Notes: generated by a model not told the origin, from the sequence alone. A DNA stretch of 64,000 nt from Bdellovibrionales bacterium (GCA_965203095.1 OZ241877.1:1248001-1312000); one strand, 5' to 3'. Counted from the stretch's first letter, positions 21,664 through 31,888 are shown. A program made the numbers and translations.

Positions 21664-22233
21664 GTTTTATATTTATTATTTTTTTCTTCAAATGCTATGG
21701 CTTGGGAATGGCTTTGGGATTGGGCGACTCGTGGCCCTCTTCGTCAGATTGTGATGTGGGGCTTTTACACCTCTGTGGATGAGAGAGAACTGAAGGAATT
21801 AGAGAACAAGGTTATAAAAGACAAATCCCCTTATTCCAGGTATTCCATATATGGAGAGAAACACTTTTATCCTTATGATTCGATGTATTGCCATGAAGAA
21901 AAGGATATTGAATTTAAGAGATATAGAATTATTGTAAGTCCAAATTTAAGAGCCCGGCTTTATGATGAGGGAGGGAATTTGTTGGAGGATGTGCCTTTAC
22001 ATACCTATTCTACTGAAGCATATATTGGTAAAGGATGGAGGGTGGTAGCTTATATTCCCTACCATCCAGAAGCTCGAAGTAGAAAAATTGTGCGATTAGT
22101 AGATGGGGATAAGGAGATAATTATTTGGGAAAGAAGGCTTCTCGATTTAGAGGAATTGGAAACTCACAATAGTTTTCTTTATAATAAAGATTTAAACTGC
22201 TACCGGATTTCTCGCTTTCAAATTCCTATATAA
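21649..22233 (+). CDS. Hypothetical secreted protein, probably leaderless transcript
   Basis: MKFFFVLYLLFFSSNAMA signal peptide; TTGACA-N18-TATAGT ends 9 nt before the ATG; no Shine-Dalgarno. Confidence 0.65.
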   Translation: MKFFFVLYLLFFSSNAMAWEWLWDWATRGPLRQIVMWGFYTSVDERELKELENKVIKDKSPYSRYSIYGEKHFYPYDSMYCHEEKDIEFKRYRIIVSPNLRARLYDEGGNLLEDVPLHTYSTEAYIGKGWRVVAYIPYHPEARSRKIVRLVDGDKEIIIWERRLLDLEELETHNSFLYNKDLNCYRISRFQIPI

Positions 22234-22312
22234 ATTAGAGAAAAATAGCCTCTTTTTTATCAAAAAGAGCTTTCCGTTTTGGATTCCCACTCTCAAAGGC
22301 ATGACTTCTTTT

Positions 22313-22378
22313 TTGCCTGAGGATTGACAAAATCCCATAAAATAGACTATAGTTTTTAACATTATGAAGTTCTTTTTT
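22313..22378 (+). repeat. ~65-bp direct repeat, copy 2, followed by only a 13-codon ORF
   Basis: Matches 21599-21663; ORF MKFFFIFLIIIWV* at 22364-22405. Confidence 0.8.
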
Positions 22379-22504
22379 ATTTTTCTAATAATTATATGGG
22401 TTTAAGCCTTCCATATTTAAAAGGCCATTTTTACAGAGGATTAAAAATAATAGTCTGTAAAAAACCTTGAATCAAGAAACAAATACAAGTATAATTTATA
22501 AAAA

Positions 22505-23146
22505 ATGCCTCCGATCAAACTTTACAGCTATTATCGATCCTCTTGCTCTTATCGGGTAAGGATTGGTTTGTATTTAAAAAAGCTGGAATTTAGCTATCAA
22601 GCTGTTCATCTTATAAAATCTGGAGGGGAGCAATTTAAGAGTGAGTTTCAAAAAATCAACCCTTTTGCTCAAGTCCCTGGATTGCAAGTGGGGAAAAGCT
22701 TTTTAAGCCAATCCTTACCCATCCTCCTTTACTTGGAATCACTTCAAGCAGAACCTCCATTTTTGCCAAAAGACTCATTTCAAAAAGCAAAAGTTTTGTC
22801 CTTTTGTGAAATGATCAACAGTGGGATTCAGCCTTTACAAAACCTATCAGTCTTAAACTATTTGGAAAGCCAAACTTCGCTCAATAAAAACCAATGGGCA
22901 CAGTATTGGCTGGAAAAGGGCCTCAGCCAAGTAATGCACTTTTTAAAACCTCATGCTCAATCCTTTTGCTTTGGTGATCAGGTGAGTTTGGCCGATGTTT
23001 TTCTCATTCCTCAAATTCACAGTGCCCGCCGGTTTAAAGCACAGGTCCCTCCTCTGCTTGCAAAAATTGATAAGCTCTGCCTGAAACTCCCTGCTTTTCA
23101 AAAAGCCCACCCAGACAATCAGCCGGACAGTCCAAAAAGTAGCTGA
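22505..23146 (+). CDS. maiA: Maleylacetoacetate isomerase (GST zeta class)
   Basis: LYSYYRSSCSYRVRI, SGIQPLQNL, AHPDNQPD; adjacent to hppD and hmgA. Confidence 0.93.
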   Translation: MPPIKLYSYYRSSCSYRVRIGLYLKKLEFSYQAVHLIKSGGEQFKSEFQKINPFAQVPGLQVGKSFLSQSLPILLYLESLQAEPPFLPKDSFQKAKVLSFCEMINSGIQPLQNLSVLNYLESQTSLNKNQWAQYWLEKGLSQVMHFLKPHAQSFCFGDQVSLADVFLIPQIHSARRFKAQVPPLLAKIDKLCLKLPAFQKAHPDNQPDSPKSS

Positions 23147-23225
23147 TCCTGCCAGAATTTTACTATCTCTTTAGAAAAGTAAAAACAAGGCTTGCAAAAA
23201 TCAAAAATTTGAGTTTATATTTCTC

Positions 23226-24278
23226 TTGATGACTAAAAAAGATTTTTCCATCCCTTTAAACGGTATAGATTTTATAGAATATGCCAGCCCTCAACCGGAC
23301 AAGTTAGAAAGGCAATTTGAGCAGTTGAATTTTATCTACCGGGCCAAACATTTAAAAAAAGATGTATTTTTATATCAACAAGGGGACTGCCAATTTGTCA
23401 TCAACAAGCAAAAAAACAGCTTTTCTGATGAATTTATGAAAAAACGAGGGGGGCCTTGTGTTTGCTCAATAGGTTTTAGGGTAAATATCCCAGCAAAAAA
23501 GGCTTTAGACATTGTTTGCTCCTTAGGGGCAAAGCCTGCGGAAAAGGATCCTTTAAGCCATAGTTTTCCTGCTATTTATGGTGTGGGGGGTTCTTTAATT
23601 TATTTTGTGGAGGATTATCAAAAAGCCAGCAATCATTGGACAAAAAACTTTTCATTCCACAATAAAGCTGTGGCACAGTCTCAACTGCTATTGATTGATC
23701 ACCTTACAAATAATGTTCCTGTAGGGAAAATGAACGAATGGTGTGATTTTTATTCCCGCCTTTTTGGTTTTACTGAAAGAAGATATTTTGACATTAAAGG
23801 GTTAAAAACAGGACTGATCTCCAAAGTAATGAAATCCCCTTGTGACAGCATAAGCATCCCCATCAATGAACCCTCCGCAGATGAATCTGGCAAAAAATCT
23901 CAAATTCAGGAATATTTAGATGAATACAAAGGTGCGGGCATTCAACATATTGCCCTTTTAACTAAAGAGATTGTTCCCACTATAAAGGATTTAAAAGCCA
24001 AAGGGGTTTGCTTTTTAGATATCCCCTCAAGCTATTATGATGTTTTAAAAGATCGCCTCCCTGTTCTTAAAGAGGATGTTCAAGATCTTAAAGCCATGCA
24101 AATTTTAGCTGATGGAGATCAAAAAACTTATCTCCTTCAAATTTTTACAAAGAATATGATTGGCCCGATTTTTTTTGAAGTGATAGAAAGGCATGGCCAT
24201 GATGGTTTTGGCGAGGGTAATTTTCAAGCCCTTTTTGACGCTATGGAAAGGGATCAGATCCAAAGGGGATATTTGTGA
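23226..24278 (+). CDS. hppD: 4-hydroxyphenylpyruvate dioxygenase
   Basis: IDHLTNNV, IPINE, SQIQEYL..YKGAGIQHIAL, FFEVIER..GFGEGNFQALF. Confidence 0.95.
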   Translation: MMTKKDFSIPLNGIDFIEYASPQPDKLERQFEQLNFIYRAKHLKKDVFLYQQGDCQFVINKQKNSFSDEFMKKRGGPCVCSIGFRVNIPAKKALDIVCSLGAKPAEKDPLSHSFPAIYGVGGSLIYFVEDYQKASNHWTKNFSFHNKAVAQSQLLLIDHLTNNVPVGKMNEWCDFYSRLFGFTERRYFDIKGLKTGLISKVMKSPCDSISIPINEPSADESGKKSQIQEYLDEYKGAGIQHIALLTKEIVPTIKDLKAKGVCFLDIPSSYYDVLKDRLPVLKEDVQDLKAMQILADGDQKTYLLQIFTKNMIGPIFFEVIERHGHDGFGEGNFQALFDAMERDQIQRGYL

Positions 24279-25348
24279 AAAAATGGCGACCCCATAAAAA
24301 CATTCCTAAAGGTCACTTTGAAGAGGAGCAAGGGCAAAAGGGTTTTTACGGCCCCGTCTCTCACTTGATAAGAAAGCAACCCAGCACAAGATGGTCTCAC
24401 ATTGAGGGGCCTTTAAAACCTCGTATGTTTGACCTCAACCCCTTAAGAGAAAAAGAATGCTGGCAAAAACTCTTGCACAATGACAATTTATGCATTCATT
24501 TCTATCATCTCCAATTTTCTCCACAAACAGCTTTTCGAAGTGCTGATGGGGATCTGCTGTTTTTTTGTCATGAAGGGGAAGGGCATTTGCTCACTGAGTA
24601 TGGACTTTTAAATTACTCAGAGAGTCAATACATTTTGATCCCCAAGTGTTTTACTCATGTATTTATCCCTCAAAAAGCTTCCAGCTTTTTTGTTGTGGAA
24701 AGTTTAAAAGGTCATTTTCGCGAACCAGCAAGAGGGCTTTTAGGCCGGAACAGCCTTTATGATTCAGGCTCTCTTGTTCGCCCCGATCTGAAGGCTATGG
24801 ATCGCTATTTAAAAGAAAACAAACTGGAATTTAAAAAAATTGCTGTTTATCGCCAAGATGAAGTGACGAACTTTCATTATAAAGAAAACATTTTTGATGT
24901 GGTGGAGTGGAAAGGAGATCTTTTCCCCTTTACTTTGAGTATGGAGGACATTATGCCGGTCATGAGCCACCGGGCCCATCTCCCTCCCAGTGCCCACACC
25001 ACTTTTCTAACTGATGACTTTATTGTGTGTAGTTTTCTCCCTCGCCCTTTAGAACAAGATGAAGACGCATTAAAAGTTCCCTTTTATCATCAGAACACTG
25101 ATTACGATGAAGTGATTTTTTATCACAAGGGGGATTTTTTTAGCCGAAGTGATTTGCGTTCTGGAGTGATGAGCCTTCATCCCGCAGGCTTTCCCCATGG
25201 CCCCCACCCCAAAGCTATAGAAAACATTAAAGGCAAAACTCACACTAACGAATATGCTGTGATGATTGATTCTCGCTCAGCTTTAAAAGCAGTTAAAGAT
25301 CTCTCCTCTTTAGAATTAAGCTCTTATTGGAAGTCTTGGCAAGATTGA
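24275..25348 (+). CDS. hmgA: Homogentisate 1,2-dioxygenase (short form)
   Basis: FRSADGD, HLPPSAHTTF, PFYHQNTDYDEV, LHPAGFPHGPHP; tyrosine-catabolism context. Confidence 0.9.
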   Translation: MKKWRPHKNIPKGHFEEEQGQKGFYGPVSHLIRKQPSTRWSHIEGPLKPRMFDLNPLREKECWQKLLHNDNLCIHFYHLQFSPQTAFRSADGDLLFFCHEGEGHLLTEYGLLNYSESQYILIPKCFTHVFIPQKASSFFVVESLKGHFREPARGLLGRNSLYDSGSLVRPDLKAMDRYLKENKLEFKKIAVYRQDEVTNFHYKENIFDVVEWKGDLFPFTLSMEDIMPVMSHRAHLPPSAHTTFLTDDFIVCSFLPRPLEQDEDALKVPFYHQNTDYDEVIFYHKGDFFSRSDLRSGVMSLHPAGFPHGPHPKAIENIKGKTHTNEYAVMIDSRSALKAVKDLSSLELSSYWKSWQD

Positions 25349-25350
25349 GA

Positions 25351-26235
25351 TCAAACCTTTTCCACTGATAATAGAGATAGAAAAATCCACAAAGCATAAG
25401 CCATCATCAAATGTGTTATTTTCATCCATAAAGGGGATAAAGAGATCAAAGTGGCAAAGCCAAACAAAGCCACTGTGAGAATAAAAACTAAAGTGACCTG
25501 AGGCTTTGGCCATCGTTTAAAAAATAAAGAGGACTCTGCTTTTGCAGAAAATGCCCATACACTAAAAGTTATTATAAACAAAACAGCCAGTAAAGGGTGT
25601 AGTGGCCTCAGCTGGATACTGATATGAGCTGAAGGCAAAAAATCTAAAACCAAAGCTTGCCAAAGGGATACAGTGGGAAAAAGCTGTCCGGCTAAAGAGG
25701 CAATGTTTCCGGTTAAAGCGATTAAGGGGAAAAACAAAACAAAAAACAGCATTGGCTTTTTTACTTTTAAACCTTCCCACAAACTGACTCGCCAACATAG
25801 TGTTAGAGCTGAGGTCAAAAACAAACTGTTAACCGAGTGAAAGGCCAAAATCCCCACTCTGGTTTTATCTAAGTTTAAGCCCACAAAGCCTCCCATCACT
25901 AACAAGGCCCCTATAAGAGCCTCAATAAGAATGAGAGCAAAACTTAGCATTGAGAGTTTTCTCACAATATGATTTCTATGATAAATTTTTAAGGCCGAAA
26001 GCCACAAGACAAAAACAAAAATAAGGGATAGACCCGAACTCAACCGATGGGTCCACTCAATAAAACTAACTGAATCTTCTGGAAAAATTTTTTGCCGGCA
26101 AAGGGGCCAACTCGCCCCACAACCATCTCCGGAAAGGCTGAGCCTCACCCAAGTCCCCCAAAAAATAGTTATTAGTGTCCAAAAAAGTGTGAACAGACTG
26201 TAAGATTTAAAAAAATTCTTTTTATTTTCAATCAC
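25351..26235 (-). CDS. ctaA: COX15/CtaA family heme A synthase-like protein
   Basis: VRLSLSGDGCGASWPLC, IEWTHR, conserved histidines in TM helices. Confidence 0.8.
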   Translation of the reverse strand: MIENKKNFFKSYSLFTLFWTLITIFWGTWVRLSLSGDGCGASWPLCRQKIFPEDSVSFIEWTHRLSSGLSLIFVFVLWLSALKIYHRNHIVRKLSMLSFALILIEALIGALLVMGGFVGLNLDKTRVGILAFHSVNSLFLTSALTLCWRVSLWEGLKVKKPMLFFVLFFPLIALTGNIASLAGQLFPTVSLWQALVLDFLPSAHISIQLRPLHPLLAVLFIITFSVWAFSAKAESSLFFKRWPKPQVTLVFILTVALFGFATLISLSPLWMKITHLMMAYALWIFLSLLSVEKV

Positions 26236-27626
26236 ATTTGCCGTGCTCTTTTATGAAGGGCTAAACAGGCTTCTCGCAAAGCTTCGTTCAATGTGGGATG
26301 AGCGTGAAAACTCCTGGCCAGATCCTCAGCACTGGCTTGAAATTCCATAGCCACAACCGCCTCAGCAATCAGATCTCCTGCATGAGGCCCTAAGATATGA
26401 ACCCCTAAAATTTTATCCGTTGTTTTGTGAGCCAGAACTTTAACAAAGCCCTCTGTTTGCCCTATAGAATGTGCCCGGCCGTTGGCCAAAAAAGGAAATG
26501 TGCCACTCAAGTAGGGGATTTTCCCTTCGGAAAGCTCTTGCTCTGTTTTCCCCACACTGGCCGACTCTGGCCAAGTGTAGATCACACTGGGAATGGTCTC
26601 ATAGTTGACATGACTCCATTTGGTAGTAATAAACTCGGCCACAGCTACAGCTTCTTCCTCTGCTTTATGAGCCAGCTGAGGGCCGGGGATAAGATCACCT
26701 ATGGCAAAAATGTTAGGGACAGTGGTTTGAAAGTGTTTATTTACCTCCACTTGCCCTAAGGAGTTGAGCGGAATGTTTACATTTTTTAAGCCCAAGTTTT
26801 CAGTAAAAGGTTTTCTTCCCACACAAACTAAAACTTTGTTGCTTTTTAGGCTTTGATCTTCTCCCTTTTCATTTGTGAATTGAACTTCTGCCTGTTTGTT
26901 TTTAGTATGAACTGAGGTCACTTTGGATTTTAAATAAAATTTTAAACCCTGTTTTTTTAAAAGGGCTAAAAGTTTATCCCGAATATCTTTATCCATAGAA
27001 CCAGCTATGTTGGGGCTGGCCTCTATCACGGTGACTTCACTGCCTAAGCGATTCCAAACAGAACCTAACTCCAAACCAATATAACCACCTCCAATCACAA
27101 TGAGTTTTTTTGGGACAGTGGAAAAGCTTAAAGCCTCTGTGGAGGAAAGCACAGTTTCGCCATCCCATTTTGCAAAAGAGGGCTGAAAGGTAGAACTTCC
27201 TGTAGCCAGCAAAATGTTTTTCCCAGTGATGATTTCTTTTTTACTTCCTGAAACCACTTCCACATCTGTTGAAGATTTGAGCCGGCCCCAAGACTTATAA
27301 GTTGTGATTTTATTTTTTTTAAGCAGAAATTTTATGCCTTCAGTGAGTTGGGAGACCACCTTGTTTTTCCGTTTCATCATTGTAGGTAAATCTAACTGAA
27401 TGTTTTTGCAAACAATGCCATGCTCTTTAAGGGATTGCTTAGCGAACGCATAGTGCTCACTGGATTCCAACAGGGCCTTTGATGGGATGCAACCTATGTT
27501 CAGGCAAGTCCCTCCAAAGCTTTTGGATTTTTCCACAACAGCTGTTTTCAAGCCTAACTGACTCGCTCGGATAGCTCCAATATAGCCCCCTGGGCCGGAA
27601 CCTATTACAATCAAATCAAATTTCAT
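26232..27626 (-). CDS. lpdA: Dihydrolipoyl dehydrogenase
   Basis: GSGPGG, GGTCLNIGCIPSK, HAHPTLNE. Confidence 0.96.
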   Translation of the reverse strand: MKFDLIVIGSGPGGYIGAIRASQLGLKTAVVEKSKSFGGTCLNIGCIPSKALLESSEHYAFAKQSLKEHGIVCKNIQLDLPTMMKRKNKVVSQLTEGIKFLLKKNKITTYKSWGRLKSSTDVEVVSGSKKEIITGKNILLATGSSTFQPSFAKWDGETVLSSTEALSFSTVPKKLIVIGGGYIGLELGSVWNRLGSEVTVIEASPNIAGSMDKDIRDKLLALLKKQGLKFYLKSKVTSVHTKNKQAEVQFTNEKGEDQSLKSNKVLVCVGRKPFTENLGLKNVNIPLNSLGQVEVNKHFQTTVPNIFAIGDLIPGPQLAHKAEEEAVAVAEFITTKWSHVNYETIPSVIYTWPESASVGKTEQELSEGKIPYLSGTFPFLANGRAHSIGQTEGFVKVLAHKTTDKILGVHILGPHAGDLIAEAVVAMEFQASAEDLARSFHAHPTLNEALREACLALHKRARQM

Positions 27627-27742
27627 ATATACCTCCTGATTTTATAGAGCGGGATCTCCTTGTAAAATTTATCCCCACAACATTGTCTTGTCCAAAGTTA
27701 GAACCAACAGGTTATTTTTATCTCAACAATAGCCTTTATTTT

Positions 27743-29011
27743 TTAAACATCCACTAAAAGCCGGGCCGGTTCTTCTAAAACTTCCTTGACCTTAACTAAA
27801 AAACCCACAGCCTCCTTCCCATCTACAATCCTGTGATCGTAAGATAAAGCGACATACATCATTTGGCTAATCTCCACCTGGCCTTTCCGGGCCACAGGGC
27901 GAGGTTCAATTTTATGCATTCCCAAAATACCACTTTGCGGAGGATTTAAAATAGGGGTGGATAGAAGGGAACCAAACACCCCTCCATTACTGATAGTGAA
28001 AGTCCCCCCTAAGAGATCAGAGGGGCTGAGTTTACGGGAGAGGGCTTTATCCCTAAGCTTGATAATTCTTTTTTCTATATCCGCAAGGCTTAAACTTTCT
28101 GCTTGAAAAATTACGGGGACAACTAAACCCGCCCCTGCACTAACAGCAACGCCAATATGTTGATGATCGTTAAATACAATGTCCTCTCCGTCGATAAAGG
28201 CATTAAGGCGAGGGCATTCTTTAAGCCCGGCCACAACAGCCTTAACAAAAAAACTCATAAAACCCAATTTACATCCATGTTTTTTGACAAAACTCTCTTG
28301 ATAGTTTTTTCTGATCTCAATAATGCGAGACATATCCACTTCGTTAAAAGTGCTTAAAGTGGCTGTGGTATGTTGTGAATGCACTAACCTTTGGGCTGTT
28401 GTTTTGCGAAGCCTTGTCATGGCCTCCCTTCTTTGGCCTTCCCTAAGGGAGGGGCTTTTCTCTATTAAGGGGGTAGTAGGGGGAGGTTGAATCAAAGTTT
28501 CTTTTTCATTCAAAACTTTTAAAATGTCCGCTTTAGTTAATCTTCCTCCTTTACCCGTTCCCTGTAAATTTGAAGGTTTGAGTTTATGGCTTTCCACTAA
28601 CCGGCGGACGGCAGGGCTTAATGCCTCTTTTGCCACTTGAGGGGCAGGGGATGATGGCATTTTATTATTTTTTAGATCCGACACGGGTTGTTCCATCGGG
28701 CGAATATTAGAACTTATTATATGTTTTTCTGGATCTGCAGTATTTTTTTTTATTGGAGTGTTTTCCTTAGAAACAGAATGGGTATCTATAAAACCAATCA
28801 CTTCTCCTATGGAAACGGATTTTCCCTGGCTCTGGACAATGTTGAGCTGGCCACTGCCGGGGGCGGGAATTTCCATAGAGGCTTTGTCCGTCCCTAAAAT
28901 GGCTACGATATCCCCTTTTTTGACCGGATCGCCTGTGCTCCGCTCCCAGCTTTCAATATCAGCTGAACTGACGGACTCTCCAACAGAGGGGACTTTGATT
29001 TCTAACTTCAT
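27743..29011 (-). CDS. sucB: 2-oxoglutarate dehydrogenase E2 (dihydrolipoamide succinyltransferase)
   Basis: Lipoyl TDKA, E3-binding [27 protein letters not shown]. Confidence 0.93.
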   Translation of the reverse strand: MKLEIKVPSVGESVSSADIESWERSTGDPVKKGDIVAILGTDKASMEIPAPGSGQLNIVQSQGKSVSIGEVIGFIDTHSVSKENTPIKKNTADPEKHIISSNIRPMEQPVSDLKNNKMPSSPAPQVAKEALSPAVRRLVESHKLKPSNLQGTGKGGRLTKADILKVLNEKETLIQPPPTTPLIEKSPSLREGQRREAMTRLRKTTAQRLVHSQHTTATLSTFNEVDMSRIIEIRKNYQESFVKKHGCKLGFMSFFVKAVVAGLKECPRLNAFIDGEDIVFNDHQHIGVAVSAGAGLVVPVIFQAESLSLADIEKRIIKLRDKALSRKLSPSDLLGGTFTISNGGVFGSLLSTPILNPPQSGILGMHKIEPRPVARKGQVEISQMMYVALSYDHRIVDGKEAVGFLVKVKEVLEEPARLLVDV

Positions 29012-29156
29012 TGGTTCATGGCATTTTAAAGGCTTATTTTCTCACATTGTCAATATAAATTACTCCTGTTTATGGATTAAATTAAAATTCATATAAGTTA
29101 GGTTAAAACTTTGATTTTTTATGGACAAGTCTTTTTGTATGGGTTAAAAAACCCTC

Positions 29157-29798
29157 ATGAAACTTTTTTTAGACACCGCTTTTATAGAGGAAATTCAGCA
29201 AGCGGATCAACAAGGGGGCTTAGATGGTGTCACTACCAATCCCTCTTTAGTGGCTCAAACAGGGAAAAAGCATGAAGTGCTTATCAAAGAGATTTGCGAG
29301 TTTTTAAAGGATCGGCCGGTTTCAGCAGAGGTGCTTTCTGTCACAGAGGAGGCTATGTATTCTGAAGCCCAGCAATTATCTCAAATTCACCCTCAAGTTG
29401 TGGTAAAAATTCCTTTAACTTCAGAGGGCCTAAAAGTGGTGAAGAGGTTGAGTCGGGAAGGCATATCTACCAATGTCACTTTGTGTTTTAGCCCCAATCA
29501 AGCTCTTTTAGCGGCTAAAGCGGGAGCCACTTTTATCTCTGTTTTTGTGGGCCGTTTAGATGATATAGGTCATGACGGCTGTAAAATCGCTACAGATTGC
29601 CATAAAATTTTACAAAATTATCAATTCCCCTCACAAATACTTTCAGCCAGTATCCGCCATCCCAAGCACATTGCCCAACTGAGCCGGAAAGGCTTGCCCC
29701 TTTGCACGGCACCCTATAAGGTATTTAAGCAACTGCTCCAACACCCTTTAACAGGAACAGGGTTAGAAAAGTTTTTAGCTGATGCCAAAAAGACTTAA
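29157..29798 (+). CDS. fsa: Short transaldolase / fructose-6-phosphate aldolase family protein
   Basis: MKLFLDTA, GVTTNPSL, VVKIP, NVTLCFS, FVGRLDD. Confidence 0.9.
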   Translation: MKLFLDTAFIEEIQQADQQGGLDGVTTNPSLVAQTGKKHEVLIKEICEFLKDRPVSAEVLSVTEEAMYSEAQQLSQIHPQVVVKIPLTSEGLKVVKRLSREGISTNVTLCFSPNQALLAAKAGATFISVFVGRLDDIGHDGCKIATDCHKILQNYQFPSQILSASIRHPKHIAQLSRKGLPLCTAPYKVFKQLLQHPLTGTGLEKFLADAKKT

Positions 29799-31345
29799 GC
29801 TCCCTCTTTTTTATCCAAGCCATACTCTTTACTTTTTAAGACAACAGAAGTCCGGCTGGCCCCTAACTGTTTTGCCACTTGGCTTTTATTCCAATTGTTT
29901 TTTCTCAAAGATTCTAAAAGGATTCGCTTTTCAACAGAACGAAGAGCATCTTTAAGATTTTTTTGCTGACCTAATTGAAGAGCTTGGTTTAAGGAGTATG
30001 AAAAATTTCTAATATGAGGAGAGAGATCTCGATCAGTCACAATCATTTGATCTTTGGGGATTAAAGACATGATTTTTTCAATTTCGCTTTTCAATTCCCG
30101 GACATTTCCCGGCCAAGAATAATTGTAAAAAGAAGTCATAGCTTTAGAAGAGAACTGTGTTTTTTTTAAAGGGTTTTTCATTTTCATAAAGTGCTGGATG
30201 AGCAAGGGGATGTCTTCTTTTCTCTGTTTCAAAGGAGGGACTTTTATAGTTAAAGCACTGAGATGCAAGTAAAGCCCTTTATTGAATCTTCCCTCTTTAA
30301 CCAAAGTGGACAAATGGCTACTTGTCCCGATAATAATTTTCACATTAGATTTTTTTGGTTTTGTGTCTCCTTCAACAAAAAACATTCCTTTTTTTAAAAA
30401 ATGTAAAAGTTTTTCTTGAAACTCTAAACTAGTATTTTCAATACCATTGAGGAATAAGGCCCCTCCGTTGATTTTTTCTACTAAAGGAACAGGTCTTTTC
30501 CGCCTTTTTTGCTTTTTTTTGGGAAAAATCTTAGGGTTATATCCAAAAAATTCCATCTCTAAAAGTTTTCCATTAAAAGTGGAAAAGTTTTGCAAATGAA
30601 AAGGTTTTTTTGCCCTCGGAGATTGGGCATGAATGATTTTAGCAAGTAGACTTTTTCCCACTCCATTAGCTCCCATAATTAAGAGTCCAGATGGCCAATC
30701 ATTTTTTAGTTTTTTGAGAAGGCTAAAAATATACTGCATGGATGGGGATTGCCCTAACATTAGGCCATAGCGAGGGCGAGCATTGGTATGGTTTAGCTTT
30801 TCGATCAGACGAGCCTGCCTTGTTTTTTCCTGAAGTAAGATAAAAAACTCCTCTGCCAATATTTTTAGCATTTTTTGAACATAAACCTCATCCGTTGAAG
30901 AAAGTTTTTTTAAATTATTTATTTTTTGTTTGATTGCTGTTTTTGACAAACCTAAGTATAAAAGGGATTGGAAAAGCCTCTCTCCTTTTTGTGGAGCAAA
31001 TCCTGTAGCCACTAAAAAAGCCTCTAAAGGAGCATTCCTTAATAACAAAGGGACAACAAAAAGGTTGAGACCTGTTTGTTTCCAAGGTAGCAACTTGGCC
31101 CCTTGCCTTGGGTTTGTTTTTCTGCTTGTGGCAATATTTAAAGAACCAAGAAAATGATTTTTAAATAGAGAGGATTTTAAAAGACTTTGGACTATGGGAT
31201 TATTCAGTTGCTGAATATTGTCATAAAAAAACCTTTTGTTGTTTTTAACAACAACCAAAATATCTATACCCCACCAGTCTCTAAGAAGATATTTGAATCT
31301 CTTAAAGATATGAAAATCGCGAAACTGATTATAAATGTCTAACAT
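29795..31345 (-). CDS. Sigma54-activator-like (AAA+ and Fis-type HTH) regulator with degenerate catalytic motifs
   Basis: GANGVGKS, WPGNVREL and C-terminal HTH present; GAFTGA loop and DE Walker B absent. Confidence 0.85.
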   Translation of the reverse strand: MLDIYNQFRDFHIFKRFKYLLRDWWGIDILVVVKNNKRFFYDNIQQLNNPIVQSLLKSSLFKNHFLGSLNIATSRKTNPRQGAKLLPWKQTGLNLFVVPLLLRNAPLEAFLVATGFAPQKGERLFQSLLYLGLSKTAIKQKINNLKKLSSTDEVYVQKMLKILAEEFFILLQEKTRQARLIEKLNHTNARPRYGLMLGQSPSMQYIFSLLKKLKNDWPSGLLIMGANGVGKSLLAKIIHAQSPRAKKPFHLQNFSTFNGKLLEMEFFGYNPKIFPKKKQKRRKRPVPLVEKINGGALFLNGIENTSLEFQEKLLHFLKKGMFFVEGDTKPKKSNVKIIIGTSSHLSTLVKEGRFNKGLYLHLSALTIKVPPLKQRKEDIPLLIQHFMKMKNPLKKTQFSSKAMTSFYNYSWPGNVRELKSEIEKIMSLIPKDQMIVTDRDLSPHIRNFSYSLNQALQLGQQKNLKDALRSVEKRILLESLRKNNWNKSQVAKQLGASRTSVVLKSKEYGLDKKEGA

Positions 31346-31381
31346 AAGAGCTTTTTCCTTTTTAAAGAACCTCTATAAGAT

Positions 31382-31408
31382 TTATCGTAAAAAAAGAGGA
31401 ATATCTTA
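31382..31408 (-). promoter_or_regulatory. Possible sigma28-type promoter of the 29795..31345 regulator
   Basis: Minus strand TAAG-N15-TACGATAA, about 36 nt upstream of the ATG. Confidence 0.45.
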
Positions 31409-31500
31409 AGTAAAATTCACAAAAATATATGTTATAGAGTGAAAATATAGGTTTTTTTAAAAAATTAGCTGGTTTTGCTTATTAAACAGGACTAAAGTAA

Positions 31501-31686
31501 TCGCCCGTGAAAAAGGCTACATTTGACAGATCGCATAAGCAAAAGTCCATCTTGGCTGTAGCGAACACATACAATTCCCGCGAAACAAGTCATTCCCGCG
31601 AAAGCGGGAATCCATAAAATCCAGTTTTTGTGAAAACAGGGGGTCTTCCTGTAAAGCAAGGTTTCTGGATTCCTGCTTTCGCAGGA
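31501..31686. repeat. Composite repeat: MITE-family left end plus an inverted pair of RPE/dRS3-like palindromes
   Basis: TCGCCCGTGAAAAAGGCT at 31501; GTCATTCCCGCGAAAGCGGGAATCC at 31589-31613; GGATTCCTGCTTTCGCAGGA at 31667-31686. Confidence 0.7.
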
Positions 31687-31888
31687 GCCAAAAAAATTAG
31701 GGGACTTTTTGGCAAATTAGCCGGGGGCAAGCTTTAAATCCACCCTCACTATCCAGCTCTTTACAAACCTTAATCCTCTTTTCTGAGTGAAATCAGATTA
31801 TAAAAAGCAAAGCCTAAAGTTGATTTTATAGATAAAATTTAAAGTTTAATATTGAAATATTTAAAATTGAATTTTAAAATTTACCATT

